Shown here piece after piece: positions 19,217 to 27,830 of a stretch of 64,000 bases of DNA (position 1 is the first letter of the stretch; every line of letters starts with the position of its first letter). Made by a program: the position numbers and the translations under genes. Below the pieces are notes generated by a model. The model saw nothing but the letters and a program-made list of their open reading frames with translations. It had not been told where the DNA came from and did no database searches. Origin of the DNA: a virus; the IMG/VR virus record IMGVR_UViG_3300033273_000658, positions 64,001 to 128,000 of that record. The stretch is one strand, 5' to 3'.

Positions 19217-19368
19217 TAGGTAGACTTGTGCGTTGCAAATATACAAATGAAATAGGAATAGTGTTGCGTAGGGAAATAACACGCAGAGGAAACTTTCGCT
19301 ACCATGTGTTTATTGGTGGCCATACAGAAAGTTTTCTTCCACATTTCTTGGAGGTGATAGATGAATAA
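19213..19368 (+). CDS. MKxGDLV-family micro-protein
   Basis: MIGRLVRC...FLEVIDE*; ATGA overlap. Confidence 0.7.
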   Translation: MIGRLVRCKYTNEIGIVLRREITRRGNFRYHVFIGGHTESFLPHFLEVIDE

Positions 19369-19531
19369 AGGTGACTTGGTACGGATAAGACATAACGAAC
19401 ATCAAGGGCTATTCATCCTCATGGAAAAATGTTCGGCTGGTAGCCAGTTCGTGAGACTATATTCTTTGAAATACAACCGCGTATGTTTTGATATGATACG
19501 CTCATTAGAGGTGATAAATGCAGAAAGGTGA
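19361..19531 (+). CDS. MKxGDLV-family micro-protein
   Basis: MNKGDLVRI...SLEVINAER*. Confidence 0.7.
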   Translation: MNKGDLVRIRHNEHQGLFILMEKCSAGSQFVRLYSLKYNRVCFDMIRSLEVINAER

Positions 19532-19667
19532 TTTAGTTAGATGTATATACACTGATGAACTATTGGTCATAACTTCGGAAGAAGTTGACGGCTATTTTGA
19601 TGTGTATGCAGTTGGAAATGGAAACATGTGGCTTATGCCCAAAGAACATTTAGAGGTGATAAAATGA
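19518..19667 (+). CDS. MKxGDLV-family micro-protein
   Basis: MQKGDLVRC...HLEVIK*. Confidence 0.7.
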   Translation: MQKGDLVRCIYTDELLVITSEEVDGYFDVYAVGNGNMWLMPKEHLEVIK

Positions 19668-19849
19668 AAGTAGGTGATTTAAGAGTATTTAAGCCTTGTA
19701 GTTTCTATGCAAACAACATGTTTGTTGTCACACAAGTAGACGATATGGACTGCTCAATAACAATAAGAATAATAAAGACAGGAGAAGTGGAATGTTGGGA
19801 TCGAATAATACTTCTTCACGACAGTAAATCCGTATCGGTCAAAAAATAA
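19664..19849 (+). CDS. MKxGDLV-family micro-protein
   Basis: MKVGDLRVF; start after GAGGTGAT. Confidence 0.7.
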   Translation: MKVGDLRVFKPCSFYANNMFVVTQVDDMDCSITIRIIKTGEVECWDRIILLHDSKSVSVKK

Positions 19850-19858
19850 ACTTTTTTC

Positions 19859-19887
19859 TTGACAAAATAATTGCAACACATTAAGCT
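19859..19887 (+). promoter_or_regulatory. Early promoter cassette (representative; relatives at 21166, 23598, 25071, 26320, 27771, 28465, 28841)
   Basis: T-tract-C-TTGACA-17-TAAG(G/C)T (TATTAT at 28841), A/C-rich leader, GGAG RBS. Confidence 0.8.
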
Positions 19888-19916
19888 ATAATTGCCAATC
19901 AAAACATGGAGACAAA

Positions 19917-20660
19917 ATGAACATAGAAAAAACAAAAGAGATTCTGCTAGGAAGAATAAACAAACTGACAGAAGAAGAAAGAGAGTGGATGTACGAAAAC
20001 AATAGAGCATGGTATAACAAATACCTTTTTGATAGTCCGTACCAAAAAGAAGAATACTCCAACTTACAATGGGAAGCTATGTGGCTATGGTCATCCTTTG
20101 GCCAAGACTACCTTCGCAATAAGTCTTTGGCAAAGAAATTTCTATCTTCGGAGAAGAAGATGAATCAAGTCATGGATATGATGCAAGACCGCAAGAAGTG
20201 GTATAATACTCGTGTCGATGAAATAAAGCAGCTACATGCGACTGGTAAGCTCACACAAGAGATTATGGCTTTCTTCATAAGCATGTTTCGCAAAGAAAAC
20301 TTCAATGTCTTTGAGAGCTATGTTAAAGACCCAATCTTTGACACTGGTGCAATTGTGCAGTTTCGCTCCAACATTGGTGTAGACGCAGTTCTTCAAGAAC
20401 ATAAGTATAGTGGTGGCACACAGTATTACGGAGCGAATCATAGTACAATGCGAGAACTTAAGCAAAAGACCATGATGGTGCTGGGTGAAAGTCCACCGTT
20501 GGGCGGCAAGATTTATGCTAGTGCCTATTCTCATAAAGAGAAACAAGGTGGTTCACGCTTGTATCGTGTTCTTCCTATCGGAGACACAAAAGTGTATATT
20601 GTTGTGGAGAAGTTCCTTAAGAAGTGTAGAACAAAGGCAGTGAAAGATGCAAAGAAGTGA
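19917..20660 (+). CDS. Hypothetical protein with C-terminal SH3-like segment
   Basis: First gene after cassette; FDTGAIVQF..YRVL..EKFLK. Confidence 0.65.
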   Translation: MNIEKTKEILLGRINKLTEEEREWMYENNRAWYNKYLFDSPYQKEEYSNLQWEAMWLWSSFGQDYLRNKSLAKKFLSSEKKMNQVMDMMQDRKKWYNTRVDEIKQLHATGKLTQEIMAFFISMFRKENFNVFESYVKDPIFDTGAIVQFRSNIGVDAVLQEHKYSGGTQYYGANHSTMRELKQKTMMVLGESPPLGGKIYASAYSHKEKQGGSRLYRVLPIGDTKVYIVVEKFLKKCRTKAVKDAKK

Positions 20661-20841
20661 TTTCAAGAAAGGCGATCTGTTCAGATACAATAAAGGTATG
20701 TCTATCCATGATGACGTTCATGGGCTTATAGGCATTGTGCTTGCTCCAATCAATCAGTTTGGACAATACAAAGTGCAAGTAGCGCACAAAACATTGTGGG
20801 TTCCTTTTTGTTCCTTGGAGGTGTTAGATGAAGAAAGGTGA
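20647..20841 (+). CDS. MKxGDLV-family micro-protein
   Basis: FKKGDLFRY..GIV..SLEVL. Confidence 0.7.
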   Translation: MQRSDFKKGDLFRYNKGMSIHDDVHGLIGIVLAPINQFGQYKVQVAHKTLWVPFCSLEVLDEER

Positions 20842-20992
20842 TGTGGTAATACCAGTCAGTAAAGATTTAGATAAGACACCTATGATCTACATGGGAATAG
20901 GTTTGTGGACTGGGTGGATACGCGTGTATTGTCCAGCAGATGGACAGATAATACAGGTTAGAAAAACATTCGTACAAAAGGTGGAAGTATGA
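20828..20992 (+). CDS. MKxGDLV-family micro-protein
   Basis: MKKGDVVI...QKVEV*. Confidence 0.65.
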   Translation: MKKGDVVIPVSKDLDKTPMIYMGIGLWTGWIRVYCPADGQIIQVRKTFVQKVEV

Positions 20993-21156
20993 AAGTAGGT
21001 GATCTGGTACAGATGAAAGACACACGCTACCACAAAGAGATAGGTGTGGTCATAAAAACTTTTTTCCATGGCGATTGGCGAATAGAGGTTCATTGGGCTG
21101 ATGGTCGTGTGTTGTGGGAATCAAAGCTGGACTTAATACCTGTTGAAAAAACTTAG
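20989..21156 (+). CDS. MKxGDLV-family micro-protein
   Basis: MKVGDLVQM..IGVV..VHWADG. Confidence 0.7.
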   Translation: MKVGDLVQMKDTRYHKEIGVVIKTFFHGDWRIEVHWADGRVLWESKLDLIPVEKT

Positions 21157-21224
21157 AATTTTTTCTTGACAAGATTTGCTCAATCAGATAAGGTATAAAT
21201 ATAACATCAAAACATGGAGGCAAC

Positions 21225-21578
21225 ATGGCTTACATCAAACCAAAAATGAATGTGTTCTTCGCCAATGGTGGCAAGGCAATAACGGCAGTCATAGACAAGA
21301 TTGCATTTCGCAAGTACATGACAAAACCATACAAAGATCCAAAGACAGGTGAAACCAAACGTAGACAGAAGTCTATGCCGTTCGCAGTGTGTCGTGTGAT
21401 TCTATCTCTTGATCCATCGGTGAATGTGAATGAGACATTCCTTATCGCTGGTTATCAGCTTGAAAATGTAGTTATCAAGAATGAGAAGATGCTCACATTC
21501 AAAAGCGACTACGTTGCAGAGTATGCAAAAGACTATGGTAACGAATGGGTTAGGAGAATAATCAATGAAGATAGGTGA
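21225..21578 (+). CDS. Hypothetical protein
   Basis: First gene after cassette 21166. Confidence 0.65.
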   Translation: MAYIKPKMNVFFANGGKAITAVIDKIAFRKYMTKPYKDPKTGETKRRQKSMPFAVCRVILSLDPSVNVNETFLIAGYQLENVVIKNEKMLTFKSDYVAEYAKDYGNEWVRRIINEDR

Positions 21579-21741
21579 TTTAGTAAAATGTATAGAAACA
21601 GACTACGGAATAGGTATAATCACAATGAAAAGACCTTTTGGTGGTTTTATAGTGTGTTTTCCAAACTCAAAGTTAAAACATAGCGACAAGTGTATTGGTT
21701 TATCAAGAGGAAACTTGGAGGTGATCAATGAAAAAAGGTAG
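21565..21741 (+). CDS. MKxGDLV-family micro-protein
   Basis: MKIGDLVKC..GIGII..NLEVINEKR*. Confidence 0.7.
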   Translation: MKIGDLVKCIETDYGIGIITMKRPFGGFIVCFPNSKLKHSDKCIGLSRGNLEVINEKR

Positions 21742-21895
21742 TTTAGTGAGAATAAAACATTCAGCAGATATGAAACTCATAGGCACATTCGGTATTGTTT
21801 TGGGAGATTTGCAACATGGTCATATCATGATAAAGCGTTTTGTGGATGGTCGTAGAGATACCTATCATCAATCTAGATTGGAGCTGATAGCATGA
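21728..21895 (+). CDS. MKxGDLV-family micro-protein
   Basis: MKKGSLVRI..FGIV..RLELIA*. Confidence 0.7.
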   Translation: MKKGSLVRIKHSADMKLIGTFGIVLGDLQHGHIMIKRFVDGRRDTYHQSRLELIA

Positions 21896-22077
21896 AGATA
21901 GGTGATTTAGTTAGGGTAAACAGTGTTTTCTCTTGGGAACATCAAAAATACTTAGGCAAGATAGGTGTATTGAGGCGCAAAGCAGTAGGTACGGATAGTG
22001 TTTGGCTTGTGTACATAGATGGAAAAACATTATTATTAAGAGATGATAGATTAGAGGTGATAAATGAAAGTAGGTGA
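21892..22077 (+). CDS. MKxGDLV-family micro-protein
   Basis: MKIGDLVRV..RLEVINESR. Confidence 0.7.
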   Translation: MKIGDLVRVNSVFSWEHQKYLGKIGVLRRKAVGTDSVWLVYIDGKTLLLRDDRLEVINESR

Positions 22078-22288
22078 TTTAGTAAAGGTGTCCAACAAAG
22101 GGTTCACAGCGATAGGGTTCATCAAAAATATTATGAAAAGCCAGATGGGTGAATTTTTCATGGTACATTACCTTACCACCAATGGAGTCCCAAACTTTCG
22201 TGGATACACCAATGGTGGGCTGTGGTCAAAGAAGTATCTGCAATTATTAAAGGAGGTGGAAGATGAAAAAGATATTAGCAAGACATAG
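22064..22288 (+). CDS. MKxGDLV-family micro-protein
   Basis: MKVGDLVKV..IGFI. Confidence 0.7.
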   Translation: MKVGDLVKVSNKGFTAIGFIKNIMKSQMGEFFMVHYLTTNGVPNFRGYTNGGLWSKKYLQLLKEVEDEKDISKT

Positions 22289-22451
22289 AGACAAGGAAGT
22301 TTTCAATAAGATCGGCTTTGGAATAGTCACTGAGGATCTTGACGAGACAAAGTGCAAAGTGAAATGGCTGAAAAGCCAGTATGAAACTCTACAACTGAAA
22401 AATTACATCTTTTTGCTTGACGAACAGGCAGAGAACGGCTATATTGAATAG
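22263..22451 (+). CDS. Hypothetical protein, paralog of 16553..16765
   Basis: GFGIV.ED..VKW. Confidence 0.6.
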   Translation: MKKILARHRDKEVFNKIGFGIVTEDLDETKCKVKWLKSQYETLQLKNYIFLLDEQAENGYIE

Positions 22452-22620
22452 ACACAACAGGAGACAACATGTTAGATACAATAGAGAAATGTTATTATGT
22501 GAGCAGTGATAGACTGCATGAGAGTAAACCAATGACTATGTTTCAAGCTTTACGGTTTGCAGATAGTTTAGAGAGACAAGGACACAAGAACGTGTTCTTT
22601 TACAAGGGGCAGTTAGCGAT

Positions 22621-22800
22621 ATGAAGATAGGTGACTTGGTAAAACTGGAATACAAAGGCGTAGATCTTGATGAGAAAGATAGATTGAAGATTGGTATTGT
22701 GGTCAACAATACCATCACAACTTTACAACTGGCCAAGGTTCTTTGGAGTAATGGCGATCAAACATGGTGTTTATGCGAGCAGTTAGAGGTGATAGCATGA
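22621..22800 (+). CDS. MKxGDLV-family micro-protein
   Basis: MKIGDLVKL..IGIVV..QLEVIA*. Confidence 0.7.
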   Translation: MKIGDLVKLEYKGVDLDEKDRLKIGIVVNNTITTLQLAKVLWSNGDQTWCLCEQLEVIA

Positions 22801-22976
22801 AAATAAAAGTAGGAAGTTTAGTACAGATACAAAACTTTGCAAAGTACAGTGGAATGATTGGGATTGTCATATACGTTTGTAGACGAGCAGGTTTTGTCGA
22901 TAGTTACGCAGTAAAGATCCCGAACACCACATACGAGTTAGGTGTGGCGAGAGAACAACTCAAGGCGTTAGCATGA
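22797..22976 (+). CDS. MKxGDLV-family micro-protein
   Basis: MKIKVGSLVQI..IGIV. Confidence 0.7.
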   Translation: MKIKVGSLVQIQNFAKYSGMIGIVIYVCRRAGFVDSYAVKIPNTTYELGVAREQLKALA

Positions 22977-23128
22977 AAGTAGGTGATTTGGTTAAACACA
23001 TGGGGCATGGTCGCATTGGTGTTATTCTTAGAGATCTAGTTCCCAATGCTAGGGTTAAAAGGTATCTTGTTCATTGGGGTGACTATCAGTCATCACAAGT
23101 AGTATGGGCTTTGGAGGTGATAGCATGA
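22973..23128 (+). CDS. MKxGDLV-family micro-protein
   Basis: MKVGDLVKH..IGVI..ALEVIA*. Confidence 0.7.
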   Translation: MKVGDLVKHMGHGRIGVILRDLVPNARVKRYLVHWGDYQSSQVVWALEVIA

Positions 23129-23304
23129 AGAAAGGTGATTTAGTAACGGAGAAGTGGCGCATGTGGCGAAACATAGGTATCGTCAAGAGAGTAGGCAAAG
23201 ACGGATATACAAAGGTTAAATGGATCTTGAAAGCAGATCCAGTAGCTGACGATCAGTTTACCAGTGTGTTCGTTGTAATAGGAGAGATCAATGAAAGTAG
23301 GTGA
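23125..23304 (+). CDS. MKxGDLV-family micro-protein
   Basis: MKKGDLVT..IGIV..VKW. Confidence 0.7.
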   Translation: MKKGDLVTEKWRMWRNIGIVKRVGKDGYTKVKWILKADPVADDQFTSVFVVIGEINESR

Positions 23305-23446
23305 TTTGGCAGAATATTATTTACGTCCAAAAAGCTGGGGCATTATTGTAGGGATAGATACCTTTGAGTATGAGATGTTTTGGATGGATGGAAGCCGTGG
23401 ATGGATCTCAAAACGATCAATGGTCAAGAAAAGAGGTGATCAATGA
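23291..23446 (+). CDS. MKxGDLV-family micro-protein (tandem duplicate 1)
   Basis: MKVGDLAE..WGIIV..DTFEYEMFWMDG. Confidence 0.7.
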   Translation: MKVGDLAEYYLRPKSWGIIVGIDTFEYEMFWMDGSRGWISKRSMVKKRGDQ

Positions 23447-23589
23447 AAGTAGGTGATTTAGCAGAACACCACATCAACTCTTGGTGTTGGGGTATTATTG
23501 TGGCGATGGATACCTTTGAGTATGAGGTGTTTTGGATGGACGGAGAACGCTCTTGGGTAAGAAAAGAAATCATGGTCAAAAAATTATAG
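23443..23589 (+). CDS. MKxGDLV-family micro-protein (tandem duplicate 2)
   Basis: MKVGDLAE..WGIIV..DTFEYEVFWMDG. Confidence 0.7.
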   Translation: MKVGDLAEHHINSWCWGIIVAMDTFEYEVFWMDGERSWVRKEIMVKKL

Positions 23590-23655
23590 CTTTTTTCTTG
23601 ACAAAATAATTCCAATCCTATAAGGTATAAACATAACATCAAAACAGGAGACGAC

Positions 23656-24576
23656 ATGAAACTAGGTTACGCATGTATCAACAAAGGACTATCTGAACAG
23701 TCCATCAAAAACCGTATCACAACCAACCGTACATTTCGCAAGGCTACCTTTGAAGAGAAAGGTTTACCTCATGCGTCTGCTATCTTCTTACAGAACAGTA
23801 AAGACTTGCTTAAGATCCTCCAATGGAACGAGCAACACAACATCAAGTTCTTTCGCTTGTCCTCGCAGATTGTATCGTGGGCTACGGAGTATCAGCTCAC
23901 TGACTTGCCAGACTACGATCAGATTGAAGAAGTTCTTTTTGAGTGTGGTCTATTCATCGAAGAGCATGGTATGCGTGTCACATCACATCCCGATCACTTT
24001 GTCAAACTTGCGTCACCCAATGAGGATGTTGTTCGCAATTCTATTCGTGACTTGGAGATTCATGGTGAGATCTTTGATCTATTGTGCCTACCTCGTACCC
24101 ACTATGCCAAACTGAACATTCATGTTGGCGCGTCCTATGGTGACAAACCCAAGGCTATTGACAACTTTTGTCGTAACGTAGATAGACTATCCGATGCAGT
24201 ACGCTCTCGTTTGACCGTAGAGAATGATGATCGTGCCTCCTTGTACTCTACCCTAGACCTCATGGAAGTTTACAAGCGTGTCGGTACTCCCATCGTACAT
24301 GACCTACACCACCATGGGTTCTGCACTGGTGGTCTATCCAACCCCGATGCTCTTACACTTGCAGTGTCTACATGGGGCGATACTACCCCCGTGGTACACT
24401 ACTCCCAATCCCGTGCCATAGAACACAATGACACGTCCATCAAGGCACATGCACACTCAGACTCATACTGGACACCAGTGGATACATACGGACATGATGT
24501 GGATGTGATGCTTGAATGCAAGCACAAAGAGCTAGGTTTATTCAAGATGCGAGAACTATTAGGAAAAACTATTTAA
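23656..24576 (+). CDS. uvsE: UV DNA damage endonuclease
   Basis: LGYACIN, FFRLSS, HPDHFV.L, NIHVG, LTVENDD, DLHHH, HYSQS, HSD, DVMLECKHKE. Confidence 0.92.
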   Translation: MKLGYACINKGLSEQSIKNRITTNRTFRKATFEEKGLPHASAIFLQNSKDLLKILQWNEQHNIKFFRLSSQIVSWATEYQLTDLPDYDQIEEVLFECGLFIEEHGMRVTSHPDHFVKLASPNEDVVRNSIRDLEIHGEIFDLLCLPRTHYAKLNIHVGASYGDKPKAIDNFCRNVDRLSDAVRSRLTVENDDRASLYSTLDLMEVYKRVGTPIVHDLHHHGFCTGGLSNPDALTLAVSTWGDTTPVVHYSQSRAIEHNDTSIKAHAHSDSYWTPVDTYGHDVDVMLECKHKELGLFKMRELLGKTI

Positions 24577-24590
24577 CAAAGGAGACAACC

Positions 24591-24839
24591 ATGAAAACAG
24601 AAAGAGAACAAGCAATACAAAACCTTATGAAAATAATGCCTGACCATACTGACAGTGCGTTTATAGTTAAACAAGAGGGTGATGATAGTGGCTCGTACCT
24701 ATGTGTGTATGTAGAGCGCACAGAGACAGGTGCAGAGGTATGCAAGACCATCCCAACACCGTTTGAGGGATGGAGAGTGGTGCATGTGTGGTGTCCAGAT
24801 GGGTTCATCAAGCACATACTGGAGAGAACGAGAGAATGA
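24591..24839 (+). CDS. Hypothetical protein
   Basis: ATG after AGGAG. Confidence 0.55.
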   Translation: MKTEREQAIQNLMKIMPDHTDSAFIVKQEGDDSGSYLCVYVERTETGAEVCKTIPTPFEGWRVVHVWCPDGFIKHILERTRE

Positions 24840-25045
24840 AAATAGGCGATCTTGTTGTGTTATCGGCCAAAGGTGCGAAGTTAAAGCACAACCACAATTA
24901 TTATCGTGGCTTTGGAATTATTTTAGAGGTTTACCCAGCGAAAGGATACTATGACTTCGGTATACAGTGGTTTTGCGAGGGTAGATCCACACACAACAAG
25001 AGAGTTTGGTTTAAGAGATACGAGATAAAGAAATTAAAACCTTGA
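24836..25045 (+). CDS. MKxGDLV-family micro-protein
   Basis: MKIGDLVVL..FGII..IQW. Confidence 0.7.
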   Translation: MKIGDLVVLSAKGAKLKHNHNYYRGFGIILEVYPAKGYYDFGIQWFCEGRSTHNKRVWFKRYEIKKLKP

Positions 25046-25129
25046 TTATGAAAAAACTTCAATTTTTTTCTTGACAAAATAATTGTAACCCTATAAGCTA
25101 TAAACACCACACCGAACAACGGAGAAAAA

Positions 25130-25327
25130 ATGATTGGAAAACTAGTAAAACGAAAAGAAAAAAAACACCACAAGTTTTGGGGAGTAGGTATAGTTTTAGA
25201 TTACAGATCCACAGGAAGATTTTACCCCAGTACAGAACTGAAAGTGCATTGGGTTTCCTGTGAAATCGGTTCACAGATTTCTAGCATTGACATTGGGCTT
25301 GTGGAGTTTTTAGATGAAAGCAGGTAG
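25130..25327 (+). CDS. MKxGDLV-family micro-protein
   Basis: MIGKLVK..GVGIV..VHW..VEFLDESR. Confidence 0.7.
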   Translation: MIGKLVKRKEKKHHKFWGVGIVLDYRSTGRFYPSTELKVHWVSCEIGSQISSIDIGLVEFLDESR

Positions 25328-25460
25328 TGTAGTAGAAAATACTTTTGGAGACATTGGTATCGTCATTCGACAGATAGGTGTCGCAGATAGGTGGCTCATT
25401 CAATGGGCTAGTGGAGAAGTTTACGGTATCAATGGATACCAACTAGAGGTGATAGCATGA
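25314..25460 (+). CDS. MKxGDLV-family micro-protein
   Basis: MKAGSVV..IGIV..QLEVIA*. Confidence 0.7.
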   Translation: MKAGSVVENTFGDIGIVIRQIGVADRWLIQWASGEVYGINGYQLEVIA

Positions 25461-25651
25461 AGATAGGTGATTTAGTAAAAGTGACACACAAAGGTAATCG
25501 TACGATTGGATACATCAAAAAGTTTGGACGTTATGGGAAGAGTTATGTTATGGTCGTGTACTTGACTGGCTCTCATGTAGGCAAAGAGCGGTTCTTCTCA
25601 GAAAAAGAAGTCCTACCAATCAATCAACTCATTGGAGAGGAAAGAGCATGA
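25457..25651 (+). CDS. MKxGDLV-family micro-protein
   Basis: MKIGDLVKV..IGYI. Confidence 0.7.
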   Translation: MKIGDLVKVTHKGNRTIGYIKKFGRYGKSYVMVVYLTGSHVGKERFFSEKEVLPINQLIGEERA

Positions 25652-25827
25652 AGATAGGTGATTTAGTTATAGTAAAAGATGTTTTGGGCTACAACACGTA
25701 CATGCAGAACCTTGCCGGTCACATTGGTGTAATTGTCAAGGAAAGGTACAATGAGCATTGGGTGAAAGTCCACATACTAGGAAAAACAAAAAGGATCAGC
25801 ATATATGATTTGAAGGTGATAAAGTGA
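25648..25827 (+). CDS. MKxGDLV-family micro-protein
   Basis: MKIGDLVIV..IGVI..DLKVIK*. Confidence 0.7.
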   Translation: MKIGDLVIVKDVLGYNTYMQNLAGHIGVIVKERYNEHWVKVHILGKTKRISIYDLKVIK

Positions 25828-26000
25828 AGATAGGAACACTATGCGAAGTGGTTGCAATAGCAAGTCATTTTCCATCACAGTTTGGTGATTTAGTGGTCAT
25901 AACAGGATACACACATGGTGTATACATCACTGGAACAAACTTGAAAACAGGCAAAACACATCATTACAACCCAACAGAACTCAAAGAGGTGAAACAATGA
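25824..26000 (+). CDS. MKxGDLV-family micro-protein (GTG start)
   Basis: MKIGTLCEV..ELKEVKQ*. Confidence 0.6.
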   Translation: MKIGTLCEVVAIASHFPSQFGDLVVITGYTHGVYITGTNLKTGKTHHYNPTELKEVKQ

Positions 26001-26296
26001 ACGTATACGAAGTTACAAAAACAAGACCATGGGATGGTAGAGAAACAATAAGTATTCACATGACACGAAAAGGTGCTTTGCAAGTGGCTTGCATAGAGGG
26101 TTTGGATGCACTTTTGGGCTGTTTTCATGAAGATGATGAGGATTTAGCATGGGCAGAAAAGAGTCTTGAAACACTTGAAAACCCAGATCATACGCTCAAA
26201 ATAAAAGAACTGGAAACTATGTTCGATAAATGCGAAGAACTTCTTTGGAGCATAGAAATGGAGGTAGAGGTGCATGAATACGCACTCAAACCATAA
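25997..26296 (+). CDS. Hypothetical acidic protein
   Basis: ATGA-coupled ORF. Confidence 0.6.
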   Translation: MNVYEVTKTRPWDGRETISIHMTRKGALQVACIEGLDALLGCFHEDDEDLAWAEKSLETLENPDHTLKIKELETMFDKCEELLWSIEMEVEVHEYALKP

Positions 26297-26379
26297 AAAA
26301 ATTATTTTCAACTTTTTTCTTGACAAAACAATTCCAACCCTATAAGGTATAAAGACCAACCCAAACAAACGGAGACAAC

Positions 26380-27309
26380 ATGAACATTCATGAAAACAAG
26401 AACAGCTCAAACAGAAGTAAAGCAACATGTGGCTACTGCCGAGAAGAGGGGCACAACCAATACCAATGTCCACACGTCAAAGGTGATTGGGAGAACTTCC
26501 TATCAAGACTGGAAATTCCCAAAGACAAAGATGGTAACATCATCAGACGTGGCTATAATTACGCTGTATGGAGTTATAGTGGCAACTTCGATCCTCTCAC
26601 TATGGACATAGCCAATAATGCTCTTGCCTCATGGTTTCGTAACTGCAAGAAAGCATACCTCGTCCAGAAAGAACGTGGGTTCAATCTTGAACACAAAACC
26701 AAGCGCAAAGCAGTAAATAGAACATGTGGCTTTTGTGGTGGCAAAGATCATACAAGGCGCAACTGTACCAAGATGGAACAGTTTCTCAAAGACTGCTACA
26801 AAGCCAATGAGAACTGGCGAATGGCTGCCTACAAAGATCTTGTGTTGGATGGTGGCTTATCTGTTGGGGCTTGTATCAAGGTCTCTTATGAAACAGGCAA
26901 CTGGAGTAATAGAGAGACTAAAATGAGCACCGGTATCATCACCAAGATAAATTGGAACACTGTAAATGTGTTCTCCGGTATGAACAAACGTCACAACGAT
27001 GCTCATTCTCCGATAGAGGTTTCTGTACTGGTAGATGGTGAAACAAGACGACTTGATAATCTTGCTGACAAGTTCAACACTGTCGGAGAGAATGGTAGAA
27101 TACATTCCTTTTGGAATGGTGCCCCAGCATGTTCACTGCATACAGTTATCACCAACTCCCCTACTCCCCTACCCCAAGAGTGGATTACTTCCTACAAGGA
27201 ATCCTTTGGAACTCTTGTCAAGAAGAGAACTTATGAGCAACTACAAAACGGCTTGAAGTCCGATTGGCGACCTGCTAACCTTGTAGCTCACATTGACGCA
27301 TGGAAATAA
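26380..27309 (+). CDS. Protein with two CCHC zinc knuckles
   Basis: CGYCREEGHNQYQC and CGFCGGKDHTRRNC (CX2CX4HX4C). Confidence 0.75.
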   Translation: MNIHENKNSSNRSKATCGYCREEGHNQYQCPHVKGDWENFLSRLEIPKDKDGNIIRRGYNYAVWSYSGNFDPLTMDIANNALASWFRNCKKAYLVQKERGFNLEHKTKRKAVNRTCGFCGGKDHTRRNCTKMEQFLKDCYKANENWRMAAYKDLVLDGGLSVGACIKVSYETGNWSNRETKMSTGIITKINWNTVNVFSGMNKRHNDAHSPIEVSVLVDGETRRLDNLADKFNTVGENGRIHSFWNGAPACSLHTVITNSPTPLPQEWITSYKESFGTLVKKRTYEQLQNGLKSDWRPANLVAHIDAWK

Positions 27310-27310
27310 C

Positions 27311-27493
27311 ATGCGTTATTCTCCCCTACATACAGGTGATCTCATACACATGTATGGATTGGAGAGCATGATAGGTGTGGTTGTGCGTGAAAGGCGCGAG
27401 GGTGTGTATGATATACACATCTTCCAAGACAATCGCACATTCACATTCCCTAGGGGTATGCTAGAAAAACTTAAAACAACGGAGATAACATGA
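27311..27493 (+). CDS. Small KOW/SH3-like protein
   Basis: TGDLI..IGVVV..MLEKL. Confidence 0.55.
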   Translation: MRYSPLHTGDLIHMYGLESMIGVVVRERREGVYDIHIFQDNRTFTFPRGMLEKLKTTEIT

Positions 27494-27744
27494 AATATTA
27501 TTTACTAACCATAACAATCTATGATGGAGATCATGAGTATTGGGATAAAGCCATCGTCTTTATGAAAGATACATCAGATGAACACAAAGTGTTAAAAGCT
27601 TGGTCTGGTCATGATGATCTTGTTTATGATGAAGATCTCAGGGTGTACATGTCACCATATACCTATCGTGGCTATCGACTATATCATGCACAAGAGATAG
27701 AAGAAAACGACCTCCCAATACTACGCAAGTACCATATTGGGTAA
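27490..27744 (+). CDS. Hypothetical protein
   Basis: GGAG RBS; ATGA overlap. Confidence 0.6.
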   Translation: MKYYLLTITIYDGDHEYWDKAIVFMKDTSDEHKVLKAWSGHDDLVYDEDLRVYMSPYTYRGYRLYHAQEIEENDLPILRKYHIG

Positions 27745-27830
27745 ACGGACAAAAAATTTCAACTTTTTTCTTGACAAAATAATTCCAATCCTATAAGCTA
27801 TAAACACTAACCCAAACAAACGGAGTGACC

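Noticed and set aside
19058-26000. Integron cassette array or diversity-generating retroelement
   Set aside because: Genes overlap with no room for attC sites, no integrase or reverse transcriptase is in the window, and paralog differences are not adenine-specific.
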